Origin: an uncultured Poribacteria bacterium
GTDB lineage: Bacteria > Poribacteria > WGA-4E > WGA-3G
NCBI GenBank assembly: GCA_951813565.1
Contig: OX638351.1
Coordinates: 3,872,001-3,936,000 of the forward strand
Direction: 5' to 3'
Length of the DNA stretch: 64,000 nucleotides
Shown: positions 30,185 to 40,535 of the stretch, in pieces
Numbering within the stretch: the stretch's first letter is position 1
Layout of the letters: each line of letters opens with the position of its first letter
Notes under the pieces: model-generated
Told to the model about the DNA's origin: nothing
The model's database searches: none
The model's input: the letters and a program-made list of their open reading frames with translations, nothing else
Program-made: the position numbers and the translations under genes

Positions 30185-30982
30185 ATGATTTCAAAGATAC
30201 TTATAATCCCCATTTTGAGTGTGAGCCTAATGTGTTTTGTTATTTCTAATTCTAATGCACAACTCCCAACAGATGGTGTCATTGGCTACTGGTCCTTTGA
30301 TGTTGGTACAATTAATGGTAAAACCGTTCAAGACATATTAGGTGAGAACGATGGTGAATTGGATGGAAATCCTAAAGTTGTTCCCGGTAAGGTTGGAAAA
30401 GCACTTGAATTCAATGGCGATAATGCCGTTCGCATACAAGGCAACGACTCGTTAAACTTCAACGGCGCCAAAGAAATGAGTGTCGTTGCTTGGGTTAATC
30501 CTGCAAGTGCTAAGCCTGTCAAAGGTGTAATCCCTGATACATGTTGCGGTACCATTGTTGGTCAACGGGATGCTGAAGGATGGGTACTCCGATTTGATGG
30601 GAGAAATGCAGGTAAGGAGATGTTACTTATAGCTCAACCAGGATGGCAAGGACACACTACCCTCGGCGTCCCTCCGTTTGCCCAAAACACCTGGCATCAC
30701 TTAGTTGGTATTGTTGATAACGACAAGCTGCTGCTTTATGTTGATGGAAAATTAGAAAGTGAATTCAAATACGACGGTCCGATGTCGACGAAAGGGACAA
30801 TGACCGAGATTGGGAATGCCAAGGCAGACGGAGGCTTTATTGGTATCATTGACGAAGTTCTGATTTACAACCGAGCGTTATCCGCTAACGAAGTGCGACA
30901 GGTCTTCAATGCAAAGGGACTGCCCGTTAAACCTCAAGATAAGCTCGCTATACGTTGGGGACAAATTAAAAAAGTACAGTAG
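30185..30982 (+). CDS. Exported LamG domain protein (tandem paralog of 28894-29691)
   Basis: Aligns along its length with the upstream gene; tail PVKPQDKLAIRWGQIK. Confidence 0.85.
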   Translation: MISKILIIPILSVSLMCFVISNSNAQLPTDGVIGYWSFDVGTINGKTVQDILGENDGELDGNPKVVPGKVGKALEFNGDNAVRIQGNDSLNFNGAKEMSVVAWVNPASAKPVKGVIPDTCCGTIVGQRDAEGWVLRFDGRNAGKEMLLIAQPGWQGHTTLGVPPFAQNTWHHLVGIVDNDKLLLYVDGKLESEFKYDGPMSTKGTMTEIGNAKADGGFIGIIDEVLIYNRALSANEVRQVFNAKGLPVKPQDKLAIRWGQIKKVQ

Positions 30983-31070
30983 CGATTTGAAATTTATGAT
31001 GTTGCGATAAGGGAAGGAAATTATAAGGATTTACTGCTATTCCTATTTTCTAATTTACCATAAATCAATC

Positions 31071-31117
31071 AAAAAGAGCACATTCTATTGCATTACATAA
31101 TAGAATGTGCTCTTTTT
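31071..31117. terminator. Bidirectional intrinsic terminator
   Basis: AAAAAGAGCACATTCTATT...AATAGAATGTGCTCTTTTT between convergent genes. Confidence 0.8.
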
Positions 31118-31159
31118 ATTTAGAAAATTGTAATAGACGTTAATCAGATAAAACTTCAA

Positions 31160-31951
31160 TTAATAACGGGCTTTTACATTACCCCACGTAGTCGCCATTT
31201 TGTCTTCTGCTTTAACAGCTGTAATTGTCGGTGCAAGACCTTTTTCCATGAGCGTCTCAATATCGTCTTGTTCCAAGGCTACACTGAAAATTGCAACCTC
31301 GTCAACAAACACATTTCCAAACCGACCGGCACAACAAGTATCGTTACCGATAAAGACAGGACCAATATCTGCATCAAGTTGAGTTTTATTCAGGTCCATA
31401 GAACTCTCTACCTTGCCATCAATATAGATGTTCCATTCACCCGAATTGCTGTCAAAAGTGGCAGTGTAAAGGTGCCAATCGGTAATATCATCAGGGCCGA
31501 CAGCATTATCACTCCAAGCTCCAGGTTTGTTCCAACAGCCACCATTGCACAGTGCCCACGCAACATTCTTTGTATTTACAATAGGATGGAGAATGAAGGC
31601 ATTCCGTTTGTCTATCATAAACCCATGCTGATTCCAAGTATCCGTTTTGCTTTTGACCCAAATAGAAACAGTGATAGCATCCCGCGGATTCTCATGACCT
31701 GGTATTTCAACGTATGCTCCTACTCCATCCAATTCAAGTGCTTTACCAAATTGTCCATCAACCCATTTAGCGTCACCTTGTAGAGTGCCATCCAGTTCAT
31801 TACCTGAAAGATCCTCCGCAACATCACCTTTACCTTCATCAAACAACCAGACACCAACAAGTGTCTCTGGATCAATTTCTGCTTCTGTTTGAATGACCAT
31901 AAAACCAAAACTTAAACATACGAGAATTGCTACTAAAACACACAACTTCAT
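31160..31951 (-). CDS. Exported LamG domain protein
   Basis: Signal peptide; GVWLFDEG.G, WHLYTATFD, VDEVAIF; tail AVKAEDKMATTWGNVK. Confidence 0.85.
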   Translation of the reverse strand: MKLCVLVAILVCLSFGFMVIQTEAEIDPETLVGVWLFDEGKGDVAEDLSGNELDGTLQGDAKWVDGQFGKALELDGVGAYVEIPGHENPRDAITVSIWVKSKTDTWNQHGFMIDKRNAFILHPIVNTKNVAWALCNGGCWNKPGAWSDNAVGPDDITDWHLYTATFDSNSGEWNIYIDGKVESSMDLNKTQLDADIGPVFIGNDTCCAGRFGNVFVDEVAIFSVALEQDDIETLMEKGLAPTITAVKAEDKMATTWGNVKARY

Positions 31952-32327
31952 AATAGTATTAACCTCCTACATATTTTTCGTAGACTTTGAATTAAAGTCT
32001 ATGAAAATAGTAACTTACACAAACACTTTCGTGTTAAATACACTGGACACATGATGTGGGTAACCATTGTTGTATAAGTTCAACTGTAATAATTTTGCTC
32101 AGTAATTCACCTCAAATAATTTCCTCTGTTGTGGCAGAGAATTTTGTGGCTCTCAACTCTTGTGTGAACACAGAATTTAAGCAAATATAAAATCTCAACC
32201 TTCAATAGCGAATTTTCGGGCGGTTAACATCCTACCCAATTCGGAGTAATTATACAAAAAGTGCCAATTCTGATCAAGTGTTTTTTATGTAAAGTTTTTC
32301 AAAGTCTAAACCAACTTATTGTAGGAC

Positions 32328-32361
32328 GAAATCAACTCTAAATGTGCGTATGGCATTCAAC
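32328..32361 (-). repeat. Degenerate 34-bp hairpin-GTTGATT unit
   Basis: Reverse complement GTTGAATGCCATACGCACATTTAGAGTTGATTTC, sitting at GTAGGAC^GATTCCC. Confidence 0.6.
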
Positions 32362-32595
32362 GATTCCCTATGCCTGCCCTACGTAGAAAACTCTACCGAT
32401 CCTTGACAACTTGAACCTGTGAAACAAAATATCTACTTACCCTCAGAACAGGGTTATTTAGTTTTCGCTTTTTCTGGCGTATTTCATCACAACGTTAATG
32501 TTTTATAGCAGCATTGTGGTCGGGTTTCGCTATCACCCTATCCATAGCCTCAACTTAGAAAAAAGATGTGCGATGCAAAGTAGTAGGCACACGCC

Positions 32596-32795
32596 GGGGA
32601 ATGCCATAAGGCATTCATACCCGGTGAATGACTAAAGACGAATGCACTTGGTAGAATACGCTTTTGGTATTCTACATGATTCGCCATGATTCATACCGTT
32701 GATTTCTTGATTTGGCGCATGCTGCGTTGATTTGGCTGAATCATGCGGAATACCAAAAGCGTATTCCGCCAAAAGGCATTCATAGCGTTGATTTA
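32596..32795. repeat. Nested cluster of hairpin-GTTGATT units
   Basis: Starts at GTAGTAGGCACACGCC^G; shares long blocks with 27314-27463. Confidence 0.85.
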
Positions 32796-32994
32796 TGGGT
32801 TTCGCAAGCTCTACCCGACGGACGATATAAACTCACAGTAAAACTCAGTAACTGATAATTCTTAAAACTAAATAACCCTACCCTCAGAAAACAACTTCTT
32901 GAAATTAACGGCAATATCTGATATAATGATAATATCAACTTCCCAATGGTATAGAAAAGCAATCATCAGGATAGGTAACACAGGAGACAACATC

Positions 32995-35211
32995 ATGAAT
33001 CGTTTTGAAAGAAAACAACGTTCACTGAATGCCTGCTTGATTGCTGGGATCGTTCATCTCTGCCTGGCTATCTTTTTAACATTTTTCTATTACACACGAG
33101 TTGCTAATGACTTTGAAGATGTTGTCGGTGTGGAATTTGTAGATATGAATGACCCCACCAAACAGAAACGCCGACTAAAACGTCCCCCACCCAAGCAGAT
33201 GCTTACGCCAAAACAGACGAAATCGTTAACCGCGGGACGCCCGAAACATGTAGCCTTAACCGCATCTTCTAATTTAATCGATGAAACCGTTCGCCCCTCC
33301 GAGAAGATTCTTATGCATAATGCTACAGAAACTATTTCTGAAACAGCGAAACAACTTCCTGATGTAACAACAGACACCCGAGAGATAAATAGTCGCACAG
33401 CATCAATCGCTAAATCTGTTACAAGCCCCTTCGAAATTACCTCTGGCGCGGGCAAAGAAAGCCTACGACAACGGGTTAAAGGTGATGGTGAAAGCGGATT
33501 TCACAGACTGGAGACAACCGGTGCTGCCGAAATTGGGCCTATTGGTGAGGGAATTGGGTTGGGTGGAGACGGTGGAAGTGGAAAAGGAATGGGCACCATG
33601 GACGCTTCTAACCCATTTGCTAAAGCACTCAAGCAAATTGCTGACCATATTATTGCTACTCGGACACTTGATAAAGTTAATGTAGTCTTTGTGCTTGATA
33701 CAAGTGCAAGCATGGGCGATAACATCCAACAGGTTGCCGAAAACCTATTTAGTATGACAGATGCATTCGATCTCGTCAATCTGGAATATCATTTGGGAAT
33801 GTCTGAATTCAGTGTTCGGGAAGGTGGACAAGAGCTTGAAACCCGATCTCTTGCCCCTGATGTGGGTTACCTCCGGCGTCGTATGCAAAAAGTAAAGCTG
33901 AGTGGAGATGAAAATGCGCTTGACGCGCTTATAGACACGTTGAATTTTATGGATTTTCACGCCGATGCAGACAAACACTTAATCTTGGTTACAGATGAAC
34001 CAGCAACAACAAGTATGAGAGAAGAAGGCGCATCCGAAACGGTGCAAGCGAAAGTGATTGATCAGTCTCAAATAGAGGATATTCACGTTAACGTTCTCGG
34101 ATTTCCCGAACCTTTTCAGCAGGAATTAGCTACTACTACAGGTGGCGTATGGCAGCAAATTCCGGGTAGCGTCTATAACCCTGCTGCTCTCCCAACTAAT
34201 CGCGCTGGAAACCAAAAATTTCTCAAAGTTTTCCGAGATATTGCTACTGATATTCGGAAGGGCGGTGCCAAAAAGTATTTTAGCCTTGATTTGAAGTTTG
34301 ATATGCCTGTTGAAGATGGGGAGATTCCTTTAGATAAATTACAACAAACATTCAAGGAAAACAGGGTTGGGTTGAAAAATTACACCTTTCGCTCTGAAAA
34401 TGCAACGGTTTTAGATAACAATCATAACGGTTTGTGGGTAATTACTGACAGAAAGAACAAGCAAATTTATGGCATATACAGAATTGAAAATAGATTAGAC
34501 GTTTATGCGGGTATCTACCCAAAAAACTGGAACTTGGGTGAGAATCTTATTGCGCGGACCCAGCAACACGGCAAAAGGTGGGTGCTAACGCATTCTCGGA
34601 ATAACCAAATATACACATTCCTGAAAGATAAAAACCGCCTTAACGTTTACACTGGAGGACAACCAGGGACGGCTTCCAATAATGCTGCAGAACCAATTGT
34701 AGACATTATGGTGATGTTAGACTATAGTAGGAGTATGGGCGGAAAGTCGCAAGCGGTCATGCTTGGCTTAAGCACGCTCATTGGTCGATTATCAATTTTA
34801 CCGATTAAATATCGGATTGGACTCATCCGTTTTGCTGAAGCAAAAGATGCTATTAAAGCTGTTGATGGTATCGTCGTGTCTCAGATGCCGCTTAATGAAG
34901 TTTTGATAGACAGTCTTATGGAAGCCCCATTTGGTGGTGATGAACATCTTATTGACGCTATTGTTGATGGAGTGCCTCAGGTAAAATTTAGCCCTTATGC
35001 AAGTCGATTCCTACTTATTTTAACTGATGAACCTACTACAGGAAAATATCCTGCAGAGCAAGCATTGGAGCTATGTCAATCGTTAGGTATTACTGCCTAT
35101 GTCATCGGTCATCCGAATCCTAATGATTTTCAAACGACTCTTGCTACACAAACCGGAGGAATCTTTTTTATAATGCCTAAGTTTTTAGAGAAGGCATATC
35201 CAAACCAATAA
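32995..35211 (+). CDS. Membrane-anchored protein with two VWA domains
   Basis: Two MIDAS motifs (DTSASM, DYSRSM), each followed by TDEP; N-terminal TM and Pro/Gly-rich linker. Confidence 0.8.
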   Translation: MNRFERKQRSLNACLIAGIVHLCLAIFLTFFYYTRVANDFEDVVGVEFVDMNDPTKQKRRLKRPPPKQMLTPKQTKSLTAGRPKHVALTASSNLIDETVRPSEKILMHNATETISETAKQLPDVTTDTREINSRTASIAKSVTSPFEITSGAGKESLRQRVKGDGESGFHRLETTGAAEIGPIGEGIGLGGDGGSGKGMGTMDASNPFAKALKQIADHIIATRTLDKVNVVFVLDTSASMGDNIQQVAENLFSMTDAFDLVNLEYHLGMSEFSVREGGQELETRSLAPDVGYLRRRMQKVKLSGDENALDALIDTLNFMDFHADADKHLILVTDEPATTSMREEGASETVQAKVIDQSQIEDIHVNVLGFPEPFQQELATTTGGVWQQIPGSVYNPAALPTNRAGNQKFLKVFRDIATDIRKGGAKKYFSLDLKFDMPVEDGEIPLDKLQQTFKENRVGLKNYTFRSENATVLDNNHNGLWVITDRKNKQIYGIYRIENRLDVYAGIYPKNWNLGENLIARTQQHGKRWVLTHSRNNQIYTFLKDKNRLNVYTGGQPGTASNNAAEPIVDIMVMLDYSRSMGGKSQAVMLGLSTLIGRLSILPIKYRIGLIRFAEAKDAIKAVDGIVVSQMPLNEVLIDSLMEAPFGGDEHLIDAIVDGVPQVKFSPYASRFLLILTDEPTTGKYPAEQALELCQSLGITAYVIGHPNPNDFQTTLATQTGGIFFIMPKFLEKAYPNQ

Positions 35212-35233
35212 CTTGACGAAAAGAGGTTATTTT

Positions 35234-35752
35234 ATGACGACATCAACAAGCACGCAACAACATCGGGAGATCGCTGCTGAAGGAGGTCCTGTATCAGTTG
35301 CTATTGTGACCGTAAGCGATTCGCGCACACCAAAAACAGACACAAATGCTGCATTTCTACGCGAACAACTTGAAGCAGAAGGAAACAGCGTAACAGCCTA
35401 TCAAATTATAAAAGATGAACCCGACCAAGTCTCTGATGTATTGGACAAAATGGCGGAAACAGACGCTCAGGTCATTTTATTTAACGGCGGAACCGGTATT
35501 GCACCGAGAGACACGACTTTTGACGTGCTTGACCGTAAATTAGAAAAGACGTTACCGGGATTTGGGGAACTCTTTCGGATGTTTAGCTACGATCAAGTCG
35601 GTGCTGCTGCAATGCTATCGCGTGCGACAGCGGGCGTCTATCGTGGAAAAGTAGTTATTTCTACACCAGGTTCAAATGCTGCTGTGCGGTTGGCGTGGGA
35701 AAAACTCATCGGACCAGAACTGCAACATTTGGCATGGGAGGTCGGGCGTTAA
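35234..35752 (+). CDS. MogA/MoaB molybdenum cofactor biosynthesis protein
   Basis: [27 protein letters not shown]. Confidence 0.9.
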   Translation: MTTSTSTQQHREIAAEGGPVSVAIVTVSDSRTPKTDTNAAFLREQLEAEGNSVTAYQIIKDEPDQVSDVLDKMAETDAQVILFNGGTGIAPRDTTFDVLDRKLEKTLPGFGELFRMFSYDQVGAAAMLSRATAGVYRGKVVISTPGSNAAVRLAWEKLIGPELQHLAWEVGR

Positions 35753-35940
35753 TTCACTAAACACCAATATTTTCTTTCTTGTAGGCGCGGTTTGAAACCG
35801 CGCCTTTTTTGTTTGAATCTTGGATTATTGGACTTCTTGTGGGAGCGCTTTGTAAGCGCGATTTTTGTGCATTGCATCGGCGTTGAAAACGCCTCCTACA
35901 ATAATTGTCGGGTTTCGGGACTTAACCTATGGACTATTTT

Positions 35941-36804
35941 TTACAACACCTCGCGGGTAAAGGTATACACCCCTCTCAACCACGACCCGTAATAGATACC
36001 ATTCGCATAACAGAAATAGATTGTCTTTAAACCGATTACGCAAATCAAGCAGAGGGATAGCACCGTAAGCAACCAATAATCCCACTTACCCGTCTGTGAA
36101 GTGCGTAAAGATGTCCGTTGCGTCGCGGTATCAGGAGAAAATCCACGACTTTCAACTGATTCGCCAAGGTTAGTTGCATGCCGAATGTTTCCTGCCAAGA
36201 TAGGTCGGAAACTATTGATAATACCCCGCGCGGAGGCAAACAGATTCAGCTGTAGGTAACGGAACCCCCGCAATCGCTGAGACCGAATGACAGCAGCAGC
36301 TTCACCTGCAATCACAGGAATGAAATGCAGCGCAGTTGTGACCATAAAGGCGAGTGCTCCCGGCACACGCAATTGTCCTAACGCGAGAAGAAGGTCACGA
36401 GGTTGTGTACTCCACACAATATAGCAACCGATGACAAGGGTAGTATTAAACCTCAGTGATTGAATGATACCGTGAAATAGACCTTCACGATAGATTCTAA
36501 TGCCGCCAGTCCATTCTCCGATGAGTGGAAACTCTGCTGGCACAAGCGTAATTAAAACTGTACGTGGAAATGCGTTGTAGAACATTCCTTGACTGTAAAT
36601 CAATCCCCACGTTGTAAAAAAGAGGAAAATGAGTAACAATCGGATTTGTCTTAAGGTCGGCATTGAAATAGCAATCAACACAAGGCTGGCAAGGAAACAT
36701 GTCAGCAACGCGGTTGGACTATCCAGCAGAATAACAAGACAACCACAAATCATCATGATGAGTATTTTTGTGCGGGATTCCAGTTTGATATTGTGTATCT
36801 CCAT
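35941..36804 (-). CDS. ECF transporter T component (CbiQ/EcfT)
   Basis: TM-rich; SQRLRG and VESRGF Arg motifs. Confidence 0.85.
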   Translation of the reverse strand: MEIHNIKLESRTKILIMMICGCLVILLDSPTALLTCFLASLVLIAISMPTLRQIRLLLIFLFFTTWGLIYSQGMFYNAFPRTVLITLVPAEFPLIGEWTGGIRIYREGLFHGIIQSLRFNTTLVIGCYIVWSTQPRDLLLALGQLRVPGALAFMVTTALHFIPVIAGEAAAVIRSQRLRGFRYLQLNLFASARGIINSFRPILAGNIRHATNLGESVESRGFSPDTATQRTSLRTSQTGKWDYWLLTVLSLCLICVIGLKTIYFCYANGIYYGSWLRGVYTFTREVL

Positions 36805-36851
36805 TTTTCTTTCTTCTAATCTTGTGGGTGAAGTACAAAATGTATGGGTTT

Positions 36852-38372
36852 TCAAAATGCAAGTGAAGCTTGTTCAAGAAGTTTCGGATTAGCAAAAGCA
36901 CTATCAGGTGTGCCATCAAAAATCAGTTCACCTTCTTGCATCAACAGAACGCGGTCTGCATATTTCAAGGTGAGTTCTATGTTATGCGTTGTAAAAATGA
37001 GTGTTTTGCTTTCTTGGCGGATTTGATTGCAGAGCTCGTCCATCAAATGTTGAAGATGTTGCGCATCTTGACCTGTTGTAGGTTCATCAAGCAGGAATAT
37101 GTCGGGATGCAGCGAAAAGGTTGCAGCAACGGCAACGCGTTGCCGTTGCCCACGGGAAAGCGAATACGGCGCGTCTTCGGCAAAATCTGCTAACCTGAAT
37201 TGTACCAAAGTATCGGCTACTACGTTCTGGAGAATTTCAGGTTTCAACTTCAAATTCTTGGGACCAAATTCTACTTCACTCTTGACGGTTTCTGCCTGCA
37301 GCAACAGATCAGGATTCTGAAAGACAATTCCAACCTTTCCCGCTAACTGATGGAGTTTTCGACGTTTAGACATTTTTCCATCAATGGTAATTTCGCCTGA
37401 TGAAGGTTGAAGCAACCCTCCCATAAGATGGAGCAGCGTTGTTTTTCCAGACCCGTTTGCTCCCATAATAGCAATTATCTCCCTCCGCGACACTTTACAA
37501 GAGATAGCCTCTATCACATTCTTTTCACTGTTTGGATAACAAAAACTAATATCTTTGACGCTTAAGAGAGGATGGAATGAAGTTGTGTTCGGAGGAGGTT
37601 TTCGGTGAACAGAACTTGGTTGGTTGTCAGTTTCTGGCACTTCCACACCTAAACAACGAAAGACTGAAATGTCTTGAAATGCCTCTGCTTTCGGTAGGTC
37701 TAAACAGAGTTGCCCTTCGTGCATGAGCCAAACACGGTTGCACAATGGGGCGACCTCTTTAACACGATGTGTTGCCAACACAACTGTAATACCGATTTCA
37801 GTATTGAGTTGCTTAACAATGTTAAGGATGTCACGCGTTGCCCGTGGGTCAAGATGGCTTGTCGGTTCATCAAGAAGCAAGACTTGTGGTTGCATCGCAC
37901 AGATAGAGGCGAGAGCAACACGTTGCTTTTCCCCACCTGAAAGTTCTGAAATCCGTCTACCCTCAAATCCGATCAAACCCACCTGTTCTAATGCTGAAGC
38001 GATTCGTTTTTTGATCTTTTCAGGCGGAAAGCAAAGGTTTTCAAGCCCAAAAGCGATTTCATCTTCTACCAGTGTGCAAAAAAGTTGATCATCGGGATTT
38101 TGGAAGAGTAGAGCAACCTGTTGACACGTTCCTGCAAGCGATTGAGTGGCAACGTTTTCGTTGTTAACGCGGACAGCACCCGTCAATGTTCCAGAAGAAG
38201 CATGCGGAATCAAACCGTTTATGGTTCGTAGTAACGTGGTTTTACCGCACCCTGTTGGTCCTGTTAGCAGTACAAAATCACTTGGGAAAATCTCGGCATT
38301 GATGCTGTGAAGTGTGGGTATTTCGCGACTCGGATAGGTGAAGGAGAGATTCTCTATCTGAATTGGCACCAT
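36852..38372 (-). CDS. ECF transporter fused double ATPase
   Basis: Two ABC domains: GPTGCGKT and GANGSGKT, FQNPD, LSGGE and LSRGQ, LDEPT. Confidence 0.9.
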   Translation of the reverse strand: MVPIQIENLSFTYPSREIPTLHSINAEIFPSDFVLLTGPTGCGKTTLLRTINGLIPHASSGTLTGAVRVNNENVATQSLAGTCQQVALLFQNPDDQLFCTLVEDEIAFGLENLCFPPEKIKKRIASALEQVGLIGFEGRRISELSGGEKQRVALASICAMQPQVLLLDEPTSHLDPRATRDILNIVKQLNTEIGITVVLATHRVKEVAPLCNRVWLMHEGQLCLDLPKAEAFQDISVFRCLGVEVPETDNQPSSVHRKPPPNTTSFHPLLSVKDISFCYPNSEKNVIEAISCKVSRREIIAIMGANGSGKTTLLHLMGGLLQPSSGEITIDGKMSKRRKLHQLAGKVGIVFQNPDLLLQAETVKSEVEFGPKNLKLKPEILQNVVADTLVQFRLADFAEDAPYSLSRGQRQRVAVAATFSLHPDIFLLDEPTTGQDAQHLQHLMDELCNQIRQESKTLIFTTHNIELTLKYADRVLLMQEGELIFDGTPDSAFANPKLLEQASLAF

Positions 38373-38390
38373 AGAAATAAATGATTGCCA

Positions 38391-40379
38391 TCAGTTATGT
38401 TGCAATTCTTCAATTTGTACTGGCATAAAACCGAAGAGCTGTTCTAAATGTCGAGTAACAGATTCTTGGAATGCATCGCATGTTCCCTGAACGTTCTGCT
38501 TGAAATCATCGTGGAGTTGCGCCTGTTGTGCGCTAACACGTGCAAAGAGATTACTGAGATAGGTTTGTAACTCACCCAGACGTTCACTTTGTGCTTTCGC
38601 AAAAGCAGCAACCGCTTCCTTGAAAGCAGTCAATTCTGCCTCTAAATACTCCTTAAACATAGATTTTTGGAAATTTTCGAGGGCACTATGTGCATCGTAG
38701 CGAAAGTCTTTATGGATAGATTCGTATTCTGACTTTACTCTCACACAAAGTTGGCGCGTGTATTTCTGAATTTCCTGCATCCGATCACCTTGCGCATGTG
38801 CAAATTGCGAAATTTTCGCTTTAAACGAATCCATTTCTCCTGACAAAAACGTCCTAAAATCTTCGACTGCGACAGTATGCCGTGTAATTTTCTCCAGATG
38901 ATACCCCATCACTGCTAATCGGACCGCTTCAGGAAACATCCTACGATCATGTTTAATCACTTTCGCCAAAAATTTCGCGTACTCCAATCCTTGTTTGGAG
39001 AAGAGTTGTCGCTGGATTGATAGAAAAAACGCGCGTACTTCCTCTTTGCGAATAGGTCTCACGTTATGTCGGGTGTATGGCCTGTGTTGAAGCATTTTAA
39101 AACAACGCTCAAAATAGTTCTTCAAAGTTGGATCGTAAAGCGTAGAAATTACACGTCGATATTCTTTAATAAGTTTCTCGCGTGGCATTTCTGGCACGAA
39201 ATTCAGACTCATATCTGTATTGTTGCCGCTTGATTCTATAAGCAGTCGGTCTTCCTTTTTCAATCTGTGCCAAAGGTCTGTTTCTTTTAGGGCGGTCAAC
39301 AATCCAGCCATCGCCATCGGAATTCCTGCTTCCTGAATGAAATTGATGTGTGAATCAAACTCGGTATCGCCATCAAGACCGATAATAAAGCCACCAGTGA
39401 CTTCCATTCCTTTATGCTGAATTTTTCTGATTGCATGCAATAGGTAACTTCCCGCGTCTTCTTCTTTACTTGTGTTTTGCCCTTTAGAAGTCGTAATTAG
39501 TGCTTCTTCATTTGGCGTTTCAATACCGAGAAATACCATATTAAACCCTGCAATACTCATCGCATCCAGCATTTCAGGGATTTCAACAAGGTTTACACTC
39601 GCTTCGGTATAGAGCGAAAACGGGAAATCGCGTTCTTCTTGCCACTCTTTTACTGCTGGCAGTAAACGCATTGCATCGCGTTTGTTCCCGATAAAGTTGT
39701 CATCAACAACAAACATTGCGCCTTCCCAACCGAGTTTATACAGCATCTCAAATTCAGCAAGCATCTGTTCATTGGTTTTGGTACGTGGGACGCGTCCGAA
39801 CAGTTTGGTAATATCGCAAAATTCGCAGTTAAAGGGGCATCCACGAGAAAATTGCAGTGCCATTGACCCGTAAGCATTTATATCAATTAGGTCGTATCGG
39901 GGTGGCGGTGTCTTTGTAATATCCGGTTTTCGCTGTTCACGATATACTTCTGTTGCAGATCCACTCTCAAAATCTGTTAAAAAGTCTTCAAAAATCTCTT
40001 CGACCTCACCAAAAAGGAAATGATTTACTGTTCCATCACATTCTTCTTTGATGTTATCGTAGTAGGATGTCGGATGAGGTCCACCTGCAATAATTGGCAC
40101 TTCGGCACCATTGCATCTTTCTACAACATCATACAGCGATGCTTTTTGAACGATCATCGTTGATGTTAACACCATATCTGCCCAATCAAGATGAGCATCT
40201 GTCAAGGTTTCAATGTTCATATCGACGACTTTTAAGTTATAATTATTAGGAAACATTCCAGCGATAGTCAATAATCCGAGAGGAGGCATTGATGATTTTT
40301 TACCGAGGAATTCTAAGGCGTATTTAAAACCCCAATATGATGGCGGGAACTTCGGATAAACGAACAATGCGTTTGGCAT
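38391..40379 (-). CDS. B12-binding radical SAM protein (DUF4070 type) with helical C-terminal extension
   Basis: PPLGLLTIA, GGPHPT, RGCPFNCEFC, VDDNFIGN. Confidence 0.88.
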   Translation of the reverse strand: MPNALFVYPKFPPSYWGFKYALEFLGKKSSMPPLGLLTIAGMFPNNYNLKVVDMNIETLTDAHLDWADMVLTSTMIVQKASLYDVVERCNGAEVPIIAGGPHPTSYYDNIKEECDGTVNHFLFGEVEEIFEDFLTDFESGSATEVYREQRKPDITKTPPPRYDLIDINAYGSMALQFSRGCPFNCEFCDITKLFGRVPRTKTNEQMLAEFEMLYKLGWEGAMFVVDDNFIGNKRDAMRLLPAVKEWQEERDFPFSLYTEASVNLVEIPEMLDAMSIAGFNMVFLGIETPNEEALITTSKGQNTSKEEDAGSYLLHAIRKIQHKGMEVTGGFIIGLDGDTEFDSHINFIQEAGIPMAMAGLLTALKETDLWHRLKKEDRLLIESSGNNTDMSLNFVPEMPREKLIKEYRRVISTLYDPTLKNYFERCFKMLQHRPYTRHNVRPIRKEEVRAFFLSIQRQLFSKQGLEYAKFLAKVIKHDRRMFPEAVRLAVMGYHLEKITRHTVAVEDFRTFLSGEMDSFKAKISQFAHAQGDRMQEIQKYTRQLCVRVKSEYESIHKDFRYDAHSALENFQKSMFKEYLEAELTAFKEAVAAFAKAQSERLGELQTYLSNLFARVSAQQAQLHDDFKQNVQGTCDAFQESVTRHLEQLFGFMPVQIEELQHN

Positions 40380-40535
40380 AATATGTATCTAACTCCTTGT
40401 GGGCAAACATTCATGCCCTCTGCCAAAAACCGTAAAAATAGAAAATATAATTGCTCAATTAAGTATTATACCACAATTCACCTTAAATGTCAAATAATTC
40501 GGGTTTGCGACAAAGTTATTCAGTTTTATAAATTC

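Noticed and set aside
31268..31783. 171-aa plus-strand ORF and the many other 60-130 aa ORFs overlapping larger genes
   Set aside because: They are antisense or alternate-frame shadows of well-supported genes with no recognisable motifs.
40380..40535. Cobalamin riboswitch upstream of the B12 radical SAM/ECF operon
   Set aside because: No B12-box or other recognisable riboswitch motif in the short AT-rich leader.
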